Virus record (IMG/VR): IMGVR_UViG_3300025408_000007
Strand: one strand, 5' to 3'
From: a virus
DNA: 36,010 bases
A program made the position numbers and the translations under genes. Under the pieces are notes generated by a model. That model was not told the origin of the DNA, did no database searches, and saw nothing but the letters and a program-made list of their open reading frames with translations. This document shows positions 8,864 through 16,833 of the stretch, one piece after another. The first letter of the stretch is position 1, and each line of letters starts with the position of its first letter.

Positions 8864-9196
8864 ATGAACCGGAACTCCCCCCTATTTTACGTGGCCCTGC
8901 TGCTGGCACTCCTCGCCGCCGACATCTTCACAACCGTCTGGTTCACGCGGCTCGGCATGGCCGAAGCAAATTACCTCCTCGCCCCCCTCGCCGGCTCGGT
9001 CTGGATGCAGGCCATCTTCAAAGCGCCGTTTGCCCTCGCCCTCATCACCGGCACCTTCCTCTGCTCCGCCTCCTGCGACCTCCTCCGGCCCGGGTCCGGG
9101 AAATACCCCTGGCTGGCCGTGCTCGCGGTCTACACGCTCCCGCCGGTCTACAATCTCGTCCAGATTACCCAGCACGTCGCCGGCGCATTTGGGTAG
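8864..9196 (+). CDS. Membrane protein, DUF5658-like
   Basis: D-x-x-TT...G-x-x-EAN-x-L motif; three TM helices. Confidence 0.65.
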   Translation: MNRNSPLFYVALLLALLAADIFTTVWFTRLGMAEANYLLAPLAGSVWMQAIFKAPFALALITGTFLCSASCDLLRPGSGKYPWLAVLAVYTLPPVYNLVQITQHVAGAFG

Positions 9197-9200
9197 GTTT

Positions 9201-9575
9201 ATGCCTCCCCTCCGCCACCTACCTTTTATGCGAGGGGATATCCGGTCGGGCTTATCGCAGGTATCCCGGAACGCTCAGGTCTCCGGGATCATCGGCGTAG
9301 AATTGATTGTGCTGGCCGTTTTCATAGGATGGTACTTCCACTCAATCATTCTCGGAGCCGCCGCCCTGGCCGGTCCGGTCCCGCTCTGGAAATATCCCGC
9401 CGTCACAATACTGGCGGCATTCGTCCTCACCGGGGTCTGGGGATACCTCGGCTGGCTCGTCGGGACGGCCGGGTTTCCGGGCCTGGAAGCCGGGATCGTT
9501 CTGGCGGGCGTGGGGCTCCTGGTCGGGTATGCCATCCATCTGCGAGGATTAGGACTCATCCGGGGGCTAGCGTGA
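9201..9575 (+). CDS. Membrane protein
   Basis: Four hydrophobic helices; ATG 4 nt after the upstream stop. Confidence 0.6.
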   Translation: MPPLRHLPFMRGDIRSGLSQVSRNAQVSGIIGVELIVLAVFIGWYFHSIILGAAALAGPVPLWKYPAVTILAAFVLTGVWGYLGWLVGTAGFPGLEAGIVLAGVGLLVGYAIHLRGLGLIRGLA

Positions 9576-10058
9576 TTACCGCCCCTTCCGCGCCCGCAGG
9601 CACACCGCGACCCCTGCCCCGGCAAGGCAGGTCAGTGCTATCAGGCTAGACCCCGTTGCCGGAGCCTCCATCTCTTTTGACAACGCGACCTCAGCCGCGG
9701 TAGGGCTGGGAGTAGATATCACGGGCTTCATCGTCTTGACAACAGTGGGAGGCAAGGGAACCGGGTTCTGCGGCGGCATCGTCCAGTGGACCGGCACCGC
9801 AGTCTGCACCGGAGCCGGAGTCGAGATCTTCACCGTTGGTATGGGCACGGGCGTCCGCATCGTCATAGGCGGGGGCTGCGGCGGGGTGGGACCAGGTGAG
9901 ACCGCCCACGGCGGGAGTGTTGATGGAGGGGGCAGCGGTGGCGGCGATCGGGGTGTGGGAGGCGGCACAGGCTCAAACCCCTGCACGGGGGAGATGACGA
10001 CAAACAGGGCCGCCACGAACACGAGCACAGTCAAAAAGATCCATTTATTTCGGCTCAT
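9576..10058 (-). CDS. Secreted Pro/Thr-rich surface protein with C-terminal anchor
   Basis: Signal peptide; PT-rich linker; PATG + TM helix + RARKGR tail resembling an archaeosortase-type sorting signal. Confidence 0.7.
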   Translation of the reverse strand: MSRNKWIFLTVLVFVAALFVVISPVQGFEPVPPPTPRSPPPLPPPSTLPPWAVSPGPTPPQPPPMTMRTPVPIPTVKISTPAPVQTAVPVHWTMPPQNPVPLPPTVVKTMKPVISTPSPTAAEVALSKEMEAPATGSSLIALTCLAGAGVAVCLRARKGR

Positions 10059-10299
10059 GCTGCCCCCCAGACTCTTCTTTTAATTTTTCGATGACGTCTC
10101 GGACTATCTCTGCCCTCAAACTCAGCAAGTTTTTGCGGGTCTCATGCTCCTCCTCAAGGGTTTTCGCCTTCATGAGTTGGGCGATAAGAGCCTGATTCAG
10201 GTTCGGATACTCTCCGTTTTTCACTTTAGCCTCTAGCCATCGATAGAGGGCGTTAGGTATTCGTCCCGAGATAGCGGAGGACCCAGAGCGAGCCGGCAT
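10045..10299 (-). CDS. Ribbon-helix-helix regulator (candidate repressor)
   Basis: ISGRIPNALYRWLE...YPNLNQAL RHH pattern; start placed at ATG 10299 rather than the longer ORF-track start. Confidence 0.75.
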   Translation of the reverse strand: MPARSGSSAISGRIPNALYRWLEAKVKNGEYPNLNQALIAQLMKAKTLEEEHETRKNLLSLRAEIVRDVIEKLKEESGGQHEPK

Positions 10300-10398
10300 C
10301 GAAATCACTTGATCCTCTATAAGGGAAACCAATAATCTGATGTATGCCGGGGCATTGATATAGGAAACAATATATATGATGTATGCCCAGTGAACATC
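10300..10398. promoter_or_regulatory. Divergent promoter region between the two RHH genes
   Basis: AT-rich ~100-bp gap containing AATATATAT; genes diverge on both sides. Confidence 0.65.
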
Positions 10399-10653
10399 AT
10401 GACAAACACTAAGAGCCACTCTGTGGCCGTGCGCCTCCCCCTACATCTCTATCGATGGTTGGAGGGTCTCGCTGGCGCAGGTCATGACTATCCTAACATA
10501 AATCAGGCCGTAATCGGGGAATTGACCCGCGCCAAACTGAATCGTGAATGGCACGATTCACTTTCACCCCGCGCACGGCCAACAGATAATAACCCCTGCC
10601 CGCCAAACGACCACATATGTCCGCGAGGTGAATCATGCCAGATGGAACAATGA
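10399..10653 (+). CDS. Ribbon-helix-helix regulator, paralog of 10045-10299
   Basis: VAVRLPLHLYRWLE...YPNINQAV. Confidence 0.75.
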   Translation: MTNTKSHSVAVRLPLHLYRWLEGLAGAGHDYPNINQAVIGELTRAKLNREWHDSLSPRARPTDNNPCPPNDHICPRGESCQMEQ

Positions 10654-10823
10654 AAAGTGGAGGCAGCCCCGCTCCGCGTCCCGCCAAGAACTTGGAAGGG
10701 GAAGCTGCCAACTGTCTAAGTGCTCGGGAACTTGAAATAGTTAACTCTGTTTCAGACCTGCTCGCACGTACGATCGCCTGTCAACCGCCGAACGAAGCAC
10801 GCATCAGGGGGCTTGCAGCATGA
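10635..10823 (+). CDS. Hypothetical protein
   Basis: GAGGTGA RBS upstream; coupled to the next gene. Confidence 0.5.
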   Translation: MPDGTMKSGGSPAPRPAKNLEGEAANCLSARELEIVNSVSDLLARTIACQPPNEARIRGLAA

Positions 10824-10987
10824 CCGCGCCCTCCGCGCCGCTCTACATCCGCCGGGAAGCCTACGAGGCCCTGCCGCTCCTCAAGCGTGCCTTGATCGAG
10901 CTCAAGATCCAGCAGGGCGAGATCGCGTTCATCGAGGATGTCGCCCCGCTCACGCAGCCGGCGACCGCGCAGGGGGTGCAGGCATAA
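10820..10987 (+). CDS. Hypothetical protein (55 aa, not in ORF track)
   Basis: MTAPSAPLYIRREAYEAL...; ATGA and TAATG overlaps with neighbours. Confidence 0.6.
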   Translation: MTAPSAPLYIRREAYEALPLLKRALIELKIQQGEIAFIEDVAPLTQPATAQGVQA

Positions 10988-11151
10988 TGCCCCTACCTCC
11001 GAACTACCACCTGGCGGCCACACGATGTTGTGCCACCTGCAATAGGGCAGATAGAGACGTCGCCAACGGCACCCTGCATTGCAGCTGGTACGCCGGTATG
11101 CGCGTGGGACGGGGATATGTCTGTGACGATTGGCAGCCGGAGGTGGCGTGA
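10987..11151 (+). CDS. Cys-rich small protein
   Basis: CCATC...HC...VCDDW; TAATG overlap. Confidence 0.6.
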   Translation: MPLPPNYHLAATRCCATCNRADRDVANGTLHCSWYAGMRVGRGYVCDDWQPEVA

Positions 11152-11540
11152 TGGCTCGCCGCACGCCCCCCACCGTCCGGGCCGCCCTCGCCGCCCTCGA
11201 CACCGCCACCGCAACCGGCAAGGACCTCCCGTTCCTGTACGACGCCTGCCCGCTCTGCAACACGCCGCTCAATCAGCACGTCAGCGGCACCCTTCGCCCG
11301 CTCAGGCACTTCGACTGCCCCGTCTGCGGGTGGTGGATGATCATCAGCGCCGCCGCGATCCGTGAGGCGATCGAGGGTGCAGCCGACCCCGACAGCGACA
11401 ATACCGCCGGCGGCTCGAACGGCGAAGTCTGGTTTAATGTCGAGACCGGCAAACTCATCCTGTGCCCCACAGAGTGGGACCGGAAGCACCGGCAGGAGTT
11501 CATCGCCCGTGCCGAAACCCGCGCACAGGGGGCGGTCTAG
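11151..11540 (+). CDS. Zn-ribbon protein
   Basis: CPLC and CPVC pairs; GGAGGTGG RBS. Confidence 0.65.
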   Translation: MARRTPPTVRAALAALDTATATGKDLPFLYDACPLCNTPLNQHVSGTLRPLRHFDCPVCGWWMIISAAAIREAIEGAADPDSDNTAGGSNGEVWFNVETGKLILCPTEWDRKHRQEFIARAETRAQGAV

Positions 11541-11541
11541 G

Positions 11542-11925
11542 ATGCCCTGGACCTGCGAATACTGCGGTCGCGAAAACCAGAACGACGACCGCGTAGGTAT
11601 GCAGGAACCCGCCTGCCTCCGGTGCGGCCACCGGCGAGGAGAGCGGGCCGCCGCCGTCAAAGACCTCCAGGCCCGGATCGCCGTCCTCCGCGAAGCGGAC
11701 AGCGCCTATACCGCCACGATCCGGCACTACAAGAGTGTCATCGACGGCCTGTGGACTGAACTCCACGGGTTCGAGGACAAGCACGACACGGCCGTCAAGG
11801 AGCAGTATGAGAACTCCCTCACCCTCCAGGAAGCCGAGGGCCGGCTCCGGGTCCTGCTAGCCATCGCCCCCACCCACCGGCAGACGCCCGAGGACCAGAG
11901 CACGCTCCAGGGGGTGACGGTCTGA
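11542..11925 (+). CDS. Zn-ribbon plus coiled-coil protein
   Basis: CEYC and CLRC pairs followed by a heptad-rich region. Confidence 0.7.
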   Translation: MPWTCEYCGRENQNDDRVGMQEPACLRCGHRRGERAAAVKDLQARIAVLREADSAYTATIRHYKSVIDGLWTELHGFEDKHDTAVKEQYENSLTLQEAEGRLRVLLAIAPTHRQTPEDQSTLQGVTV

Positions 11926-12341
11926 TGTCGCTCCCGGAATGCGTCAAGCGACTCCTCCCCGATCACCCGCCGTTACAGGAGGTCTCAAATTTCCGAACCA
12001 CATGGGCTGTGAAGGGGATCCCCCTCACCCCGATATTCAAGACAGCGAACACCGCGATCGCCATCTGTGACACCGAACAGCAGATCATTCCCTCCATGCG
12101 CGAGATAAGAGGGGAAGTCTGGTATTCTGTCGATCGCCTTGAAGAGGCACTAAGCATTGCCCGGCGTCTCAGAATCGATCGGGTATTTCTCTCTCAAACA
12201 GTAGTCAACGGAAAAATCAGCGCACCGCTCTCCATCATCGGCAAAGACTCCCGGATCGCAATCACAGTCGCACCTCACCTCAACTGGGATGATGACGAAG
12301 AGGACGAGGAAGATCAGGAAGACATGGAGGCGGATATCTGA
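11925..12341 (+). CDS. Hypothetical protein with acidic tail; weak clamp-domain-like pattern
   Basis: TGATG overlap; YS..RL..AL...PL.I......VAP pattern. Confidence 0.6.
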   Translation: MSLPECVKRLLPDHPPLQEVSNFRTTWAVKGIPLTPIFKTANTAIAICDTEQQIIPSMREIRGEVWYSVDRLEEALSIARRLRIDRVFLSQTVVNGKISAPLSIIGKDSRIAITVAPHLNWDDDEEDEEDQEDMEADI

Positions 12342-12484
12342 TGCGCTGCAAACAGTGCAATCACAAAATGCGGGTCATCAAAGGCGCCTACGCCGTCTGC
12401 CTCCGGGGCTGCGGCCGGGTCGTCTCGTTCCGCACCGGGGCAATCATCCCCGGCGACCCCATGCTCGTGGGGGTGCCGGCATGA
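12341..12484 (+). CDS. Small Zn-ribbon protein (47 aa, not in ORF track)
   Basis: CKQC...CLRGC; overlapping stops and starts on both sides. Confidence 0.55.
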   Translation: MRCKQCNHKMRVIKGAYAVCLRGCGRVVSFRTGAIIPGDPMLVGVPA

Positions 12485-12768
12485 TCCCGGCCGTCCGTCT
12501 CACCCCGGAGACCCTCGCAGACTTCGAGCGCCACCTCTCGGCCCGGGGCTGCTACACCCCCGCGACCGTCCGCAACAAAGTCTCTCTCGCCAGAGCCCTG
12601 CAAACCTCAACCTTCAGTGCCACCGGGTTCCCGCTCGACGAAGACGCCGCGATCGACCGGATCCGGGACACCCAGAGCCCCGGCCGCCGCCGGCGGACCC
12701 TGAACACGACAGCGCGAGACCTGATCGCGTTCCTCCGGACGAGACACACCGCAGAGGTGGCGGCATGA
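12481..12768 (+). CDS. Stand-alone integrase N-terminal (SAM-like / core-binding)-like domain
   Basis: LADFERHLSARGCYTPATVRNKV...TLNTTARDLIAFL resembles tyrosine-recombinase N-terminal helical domains; no catalytic domain. Confidence 0.55.
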   Translation: MIPAVRLTPETLADFERHLSARGCYTPATVRNKVSLARALQTSTFSATGFPLDEDAAIDRIRDTQSPGRRRRTLNTTARDLIAFLRTRHTAEVAA

Positions 12769-12935
12769 TCGAGGTCATCCGCTCCTCAACTGCTCTCCCC
12801 CGGACGCAGACCGTGATCCGGGCCGGGGACATCATCGTCCCCTGGACGATGCCGACCGAGCGCCAGCAGCGCCGCCGGTGGCGGTACGAAACCATCACCT
12901 CGGTCTGTGTAGAGGCTGCGGAGGCGGATGTCTGA
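12765..12935 (+). CDS. Hypothetical protein (56 aa, not in ORF track)
   Basis: GAGGTGG RBS; ATGA and TGATG overlaps. Confidence 0.5.
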   Translation: MIEVIRSSTALPRTQTVIRAGDIIVPWTMPTERQQRRRWRYETITSVCVEAAEADV

Positions 12936-13153
12936 TGGCAGACATTGACGGGTTCCTCCAGGAGATCGCCGGAGCGGTCGGCACCGCCCCCTTCACCGCG
13001 GCATCGCTGGCGATGCGGGACATCTACGTCCCCCGGGGCACCACCCTGCGGCAGCTCCACGCCGCCCGCCTCATCGAGAGCGCCGGCACCGCCTGGCGTC
13101 TCGCCCCCGGAGTGGCCGCCCGCATCCAGACCAGCGACCAGGTAACCGCGTAG
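12935..13153 (+). CDS. Small protein, possible winged helix
   Basis: GGAGG RBS; LRQLHAARLIE...WRL pattern. Confidence 0.55.
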   Translation: MADIDGFLQEIAGAVGTAPFTAASLAMRDIYVPRGTTLRQLHAARLIESAGTAWRLAPGVAARIQTSDQVTA

Positions 13154-13162
13154 GGCGATCCC

Positions 13163-13372
13163 ATGTCATCGGACATCGCGGAGCGCCCTCCGCTCACTCT
13201 CAATACCGGCCGGTGGATCTGCCGGCCGTGCATGCAGCACAAGACCCACCCCCGCTTCACTTACAGCGACACCGGCCTGAACGCCTGCCCCGTCTGCGGG
13301 GAACGCGCATGGTCGCCGGAGTGGAACCCAGAAGCGTTAGCGGAAGCGGCCCGGCGGCAGGGGGCGGCTTAA
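13163..13372 (+). CDS. Zn-ribbon protein
   Basis: CRPC and CPVC pairs. Confidence 0.6.
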   Translation: MSSDIAERPPLTLNTGRWICRPCMQHKTHPRFTYSDTGLNACPVCGERAWSPEWNPEALAEAARRQGAA

Positions 13373-13692
13373 TGCCCTTCTGGGACGACCACCGCGGCGG
13401 CAACCCCCTCGACGCCCTCAAGCGGGAGTATATCCTTGAGAACGTCGATCGCGGCATCGAGTACGCCCGGCGGGACATTGGCAGGATATACGAGTTCCTC
13501 CAGCACGCCGAGACCCGCCGCCGCGAACTCCTCCAGCAGGAGTATACTGACGTCATCGAGCTCCGCCGCCACACCAACTATAGCACAAAGCGCGTCGAGT
13601 ACTTCGTCTCAGTGCGCCGGGAGCCGGTGATCTCCAGAGCTTCCCCGGCGAATACCTCTGGAAAGGGTCAGACGGGGCGATCGCCCAGATGA
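13372..13692 (+). CDS. Hypothetical protein; 3' end may be a fusion junction
   Basis: TAATG overlap; coding-like 5' part; the last ~20 codons overlap a methyltransferase remnant in another frame. Confidence 0.55.
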   Translation: MPFWDDHRGGNPLDALKREYILENVDRGIEYARRDIGRIYEFLQHAETRRRELLQQEYTDVIELRRHTNYSTKRVEYFVSVRREPVISRASPANTSGKGQTGRSPR

Positions 13693-13772
13693 TCGCAAAC
13701 GCCATGCCGGCCGAGATGGCCGCCGCCATCGCCGGGGCACTCCCCGGCGCAACCACCCCGGAGGCCGCCTGA
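13629..13772 (+). pseudogene. C-terminal remnant of a C5-cytosine methyltransferase
   Basis: This frame reads DLQSFPGEYLWKGSDGAIAQMIANAMPAEMAAAIAGAL, resembling motifs IX/X (LQSFP...GS...QIGNAVP); there is no upstream catalytic part; its stop lies just before the next ATG. Confidence 0.55.
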
Positions 13773-13774
13773 CC

Positions 13775-15007
13775 ATGCACGAGCGCCAGCAGACCTTCCA
13801 GGACCTCGCGGCGCTCCACTACGTCCAGCGTCTGAACCCCGTGCAGGTGCGGATCCTCAAACTCCTCGCCCTCGGCGACTACACCCAGGCCGAGATCGGG
13901 CGGCGGCTCAACGTCAGCAGGCAGTACGTCAACCAGATTGTCAGCAAATTCCAGAAATACAACCTCGTCAAGAAGAACGGCCGCGCCTGGACCGTCAAGT
14001 ACCGCACCGACGACCGGCCCCACCGGGAAGACTACCTCACCCGGGAGAAGGCCGAAGCCGCCGCCGAGCAGGCCCGGAAGAACGGCATCTCCCCCACCAT
14101 CGAGCCCACCGCCGGCAGCCCCTACAACGCCACCTACGCCGTCAACCCGGCCCTCAGAAAACAGATCGACCGCGAAACCGACTACATCCAGTACACCAAC
14201 TGCCGCGTCCACAACATCCGCCGGTCCTACACCATCCTCAGACAATCCGGCCCCGTCGCCACCGACCCCCGCACCGGCTACGAAAAGAGCTGGAACATGC
14301 GGGGCGGCGCCCGCCACAAATTCTTCTACCCCGGCAAAGGCACCGCCCCGAACGTCACGATCGACGTCCACCCCGGCACCCTCACGGCCTACCCCGACCG
14401 GGGGCAGACCGTCACCGCCGAGAGCATCCAGGACGCCGAAGAACTCACCCGGAAAGCCATCGCGGATGCCATCGCCCTCTTCGTCGAAGGGCAGCGGCGC
14501 TTCGGCGTATACCTCGAAGTCACGCACGGCCGCCAGCCAACAAAAACCCACTACGGCTTCGCCTTCAGCACCGACGCCCCGCACGCTGCCGAACAAACCG
14601 CCCTCCCCGGCTTCTGGATCGACCACAGCCCCGAGAGCAACGGCGACCCCTACCACGCCGAGATCGAGACCCTCGACCCCGCCCGGGCGACCGGCCTCGA
14701 CCGGGCCATCATGCAGATGCACCGGCTTGACAGCACCATCGCCGACCACATCACCGCCGCGATCCCCCAGGCCATCCAGCCGCTCACCGCCCAGCTCAAC
14801 AGCATCGAGGCGGCCGTCTGCGGCGGCATCACCATGCAGCAGAAGCTCGACAACGTGACCCAGATTCTCGCCGCCGTCATGAAGCGGAACGAACAACTCT
14901 GGGACCTCGTTCTGACCAACCTTGTCCCCGGTCAAACCGGGCACGAAAACCACCCCTGCCAACCCCCCACAACGGGCGGCAACGGAGGAAGACATGCAAA
15001 GACATGA
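13775..15007 (+). CDS. Winged-HTH protein with large central domain and coiled-coil C-terminus; candidate replication initiator or regulator
   Basis: ILKLLALGDYTQAEIGRRLNVSRQYVNQIVSKF is a wHTH; strong codon bias. The replication role is inference only. Confidence 0.7.
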   Translation: MHERQQTFQDLAALHYVQRLNPVQVRILKLLALGDYTQAEIGRRLNVSRQYVNQIVSKFQKYNLVKKNGRAWTVKYRTDDRPHREDYLTREKAEAAAEQARKNGISPTIEPTAGSPYNATYAVNPALRKQIDRETDYIQYTNCRVHNIRRSYTILRQSGPVATDPRTGYEKSWNMRGGARHKFFYPGKGTAPNVTIDVHPGTLTAYPDRGQTVTAESIQDAEELTRKAIADAIALFVEGQRRFGVYLEVTHGRQPTKTHYGFAFSTDAPHAAEQTALPGFWIDHSPESNGDPYHAEIETLDPARATGLDRAIMQMHRLDSTIADHITAAIPQAIQPLTAQLNSIEAAVCGGITMQQKLDNVTQILAAVMKRNEQLWDLVLTNLVPGQTGHENHPCQPPTTGGNGGRHAKT

Positions 15008-15317
15008 TCCGAGTATCGAACCCCTGCCAGAAACGCAGGAGCAGGGCACACAGCCCTCTCTAACCTGCCACTACTGCGGCAAGCCCCTCAGATACGCCGC
15101 AGCCGTAGAAGCGTACGACCGCACCCGGAAGCGTCGCCTGCTCTTCTGTAGCGAGCAGTGCAAGCAGGCCGCCCGCAACCGCCCGGACCACTACTTCCGT
15201 TTCTCGCACAAGCGCCGCGACACGATCCGGGCGCACACCGCCGGGGCATACGAGGAGGCCGGCGATCACCGATGGGAGAACCTCGCCCGCGGTCTGACCG
15301 GGGATGGAGATGCCTGA
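14994..15317 (+). CDS. TRASH/YHS-like metal-binding protein
   Basis: CHYCGKPL...FCSEQC; GGAGG RBS. Confidence 0.65.
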   Translation: MQRHDPSIEPLPETQEQGTQPSLTCHYCGKPLRYAAAVEAYDRTRKRRLLFCSEQCKQAARNRPDHYFRFSHKRRDTIRAHTAGAYEEAGDHRWENLARGLTGDGDA

Positions 15318-15715
15318 TGAGGTACAAGTCCGCCCCCCGGCTCGAGTACCATCACATCCAGCCCTTAGTGATCGTCCCGCCCCCGCACAGTCCCGGAGAC
15401 CTGAACCTCCGGGCAATGCGGGAGCGGAGGAGGTTACAGCCCGTCCCGAAACCGCAGCGACCGGCACCGCGCCCCTGTACCATCACCATCTTCGCCATCC
15501 CCGGGCCGGAACCGGAACCGGAACCCATCACCGTGCCCACCCCATACGGCGCAATAACGATCGACCCGACCCCCCGCTCTCCCCTGGAAGAGATCGCCCC
15601 CATGATGCCCGTCGTGGCGATAACTCAGGCGGTGGCCCGGCCGAGGGGCGCCGGCGGCCTGCGGCAAAGGATCCGGTGCTGGATGAACGGTCTTTTCGGG
15701 AGGTGCCAGGAATGA
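15317..15715 (+). CDS. Pro-rich hypothetical protein
   Basis: TGATG overlap; end contains the GGAGGTG RBS of the next gene. Confidence 0.5.
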   Translation: MRYKSAPRLEYHHIQPLVIVPPPHSPGDLNLRAMRERRRLQPVPKPQRPAPRPCTITIFAIPGPEPEPEPITVPTPYGAITIDPTPRSPLEEIAPMMPVVAITQAVARPRGAGGLRQRIRCWMNGLFGRCQE

Positions 15716-15876
15716 CGCCCCGGCGATGCCCGCACGAGGTCCGCGAGGTCCGGGAAGGGTTCTGGATCGCGGCGGTGGACTATCGTTTCCGCTGCACCTG
15801 CCCCGACCGGGCAAACTGGAATTGTGATCAATACCTGTGCCTCTGCCCGGACCGCCGGGCGGTCCCGGTGGATTGA
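15712..15876 (+). CDS. Cys-rich small protein
   Basis: Five Cys in 54 aa; coupled start. Confidence 0.55.
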   Translation: MTPRRCPHEVREVREGFWIAAVDYRFRCTCPDRANWNCDQYLCLCPDRRAVPVD

Positions 15877-15885
15877 GGTGAAAGC

Positions 15886-16113
15886 ATGAGACCAAAAGAC
15901 GAGTTGTATCTCAAGGCGGTCGCCCGCCTGAAGCGGAGCAATGACGACCTAGAGCAGATCGTGAGGGCCATCCTCCTCAATCCCACGCTCCGGCAGGCAG
16001 CCACGGAAGAGTATTGCGACCTGCAGATGTGGGAGGAGGACATGGTTGCATCGGCAGCGTGCCGTAGGGCTGTGACTGACATCGAGGCCATCCTCGACTG
16101 GCCCGAGGAGTGA
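15886..16113 (+). CDS. Hypothetical protein
   Basis: GAGGTGA RBS; ends GAGGAGTGA. Confidence 0.65.
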   Translation: MRPKDELYLKAVARLKRSNDDLEQIVRAILLNPTLRQAATEEYCDLQMWEEDMVASAACRRAVTDIEAILDWPEE

Positions 16114-16116
16114 AGT

Positions 16117-16296
16117 ATGGACGATATTTCCATCATCATCACAGATCAGCCCTTGGGAGCGACAGGTTACGGGACCGTCGCCGTCTCCCCAGAGACGGCC
16201 TTCATCGCCATCCTGTTTCTAACTGTCATCTGTGGTTATGTCGGATACAAAGCGCTGATCTGGATTCTGGAAGCGATGCTGCTTCCTTACAGGTAA
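16117..16296 (+). CDS. Small membrane protein (59 aa, not in ORF track)
   Basis: MDDISIIITDQ...; one long TM segment. Confidence 0.55.
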   Translation: MDDISIIITDQPLGATGYGTVAVSPETAFIAILFLTVICGYVGYKALIWILEAMLLPYR

Positions 16297-16305
16297 GGAA
16301 TAGAG

Positions 16306-16485
16306 ATGAAACTGCTTAGGTTCGTCCTTCATAAAGTCTGGGGGAGCGACGTGGCACAAGATCTCGCCCATCTGGTCCTGCTGCCGGTAGTGGTTGTGGG
16401 CTTCGTCATAATCTGGTTTCGAGACAGGTGCAAGTCTCTAATCAGGGAGTATCGAGAGTTCAACCCGGAAATGGTAGAGGAGTGA
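16306..16485 (+). CDS. Small membrane protein (59 aa, not in ORF track)
   Basis: MKLLRFVLHK...EMVEE; ends in the junction motif. Confidence 0.55.
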   Translation: MKLLRFVLHKVWGSDVAQDLAHLVLLPVVVVGFVIIWFRDRCKSLIREYREFNPEMVEE

Positions 16486-16490
16486 CGACA

Positions 16491-16832
16491 ATGGAAAAAT
16501 CCGAACTTTACAACGAGGCGTGGCGGCTGTGGGGTGGGGATATGCAACTGGATATCCTCATCGAAGAGATGGCGGAGCTGACGCAGGCCATCATCAAGAC
16601 CCGGCGGCACAACGTGACCTGGAGTCACGCAGTTTTCGAGGAAATAGCAGATGTGCTCATCTGCCTGGAGCAGGTGGAAACCCGACTGAAAGCGCTGCCG
16701 ACTAGCTTTGACTGGGAGACCAACTCGCCCCGGGGATATCTCTGGGACATCGTGGAAGAGCTGAAGGCAGGCAAACTCGCCCGCCTCGAAGAGCGGCTCG
16801 CGGCTGCGAAGGCAGAGATGGTAGAGGAGTGA
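16491..16832 (+). CDS. MazG-like nucleotide pyrophosphohydrolase
   Basis: QLDILIEEMAELTQAI...EEIADVLI all-alpha NTP-PPase motif. Confidence 0.8.
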   Translation: MEKSELYNEAWRLWGGDMQLDILIEEMAELTQAIIKTRRHNVTWSHAVFEEIADVLICLEQVETRLKALPTSFDWETNSPRGYLWDIVEELKAGKLARLEERLAAAKAEMVEE

Positions 16833-16833
16833 T

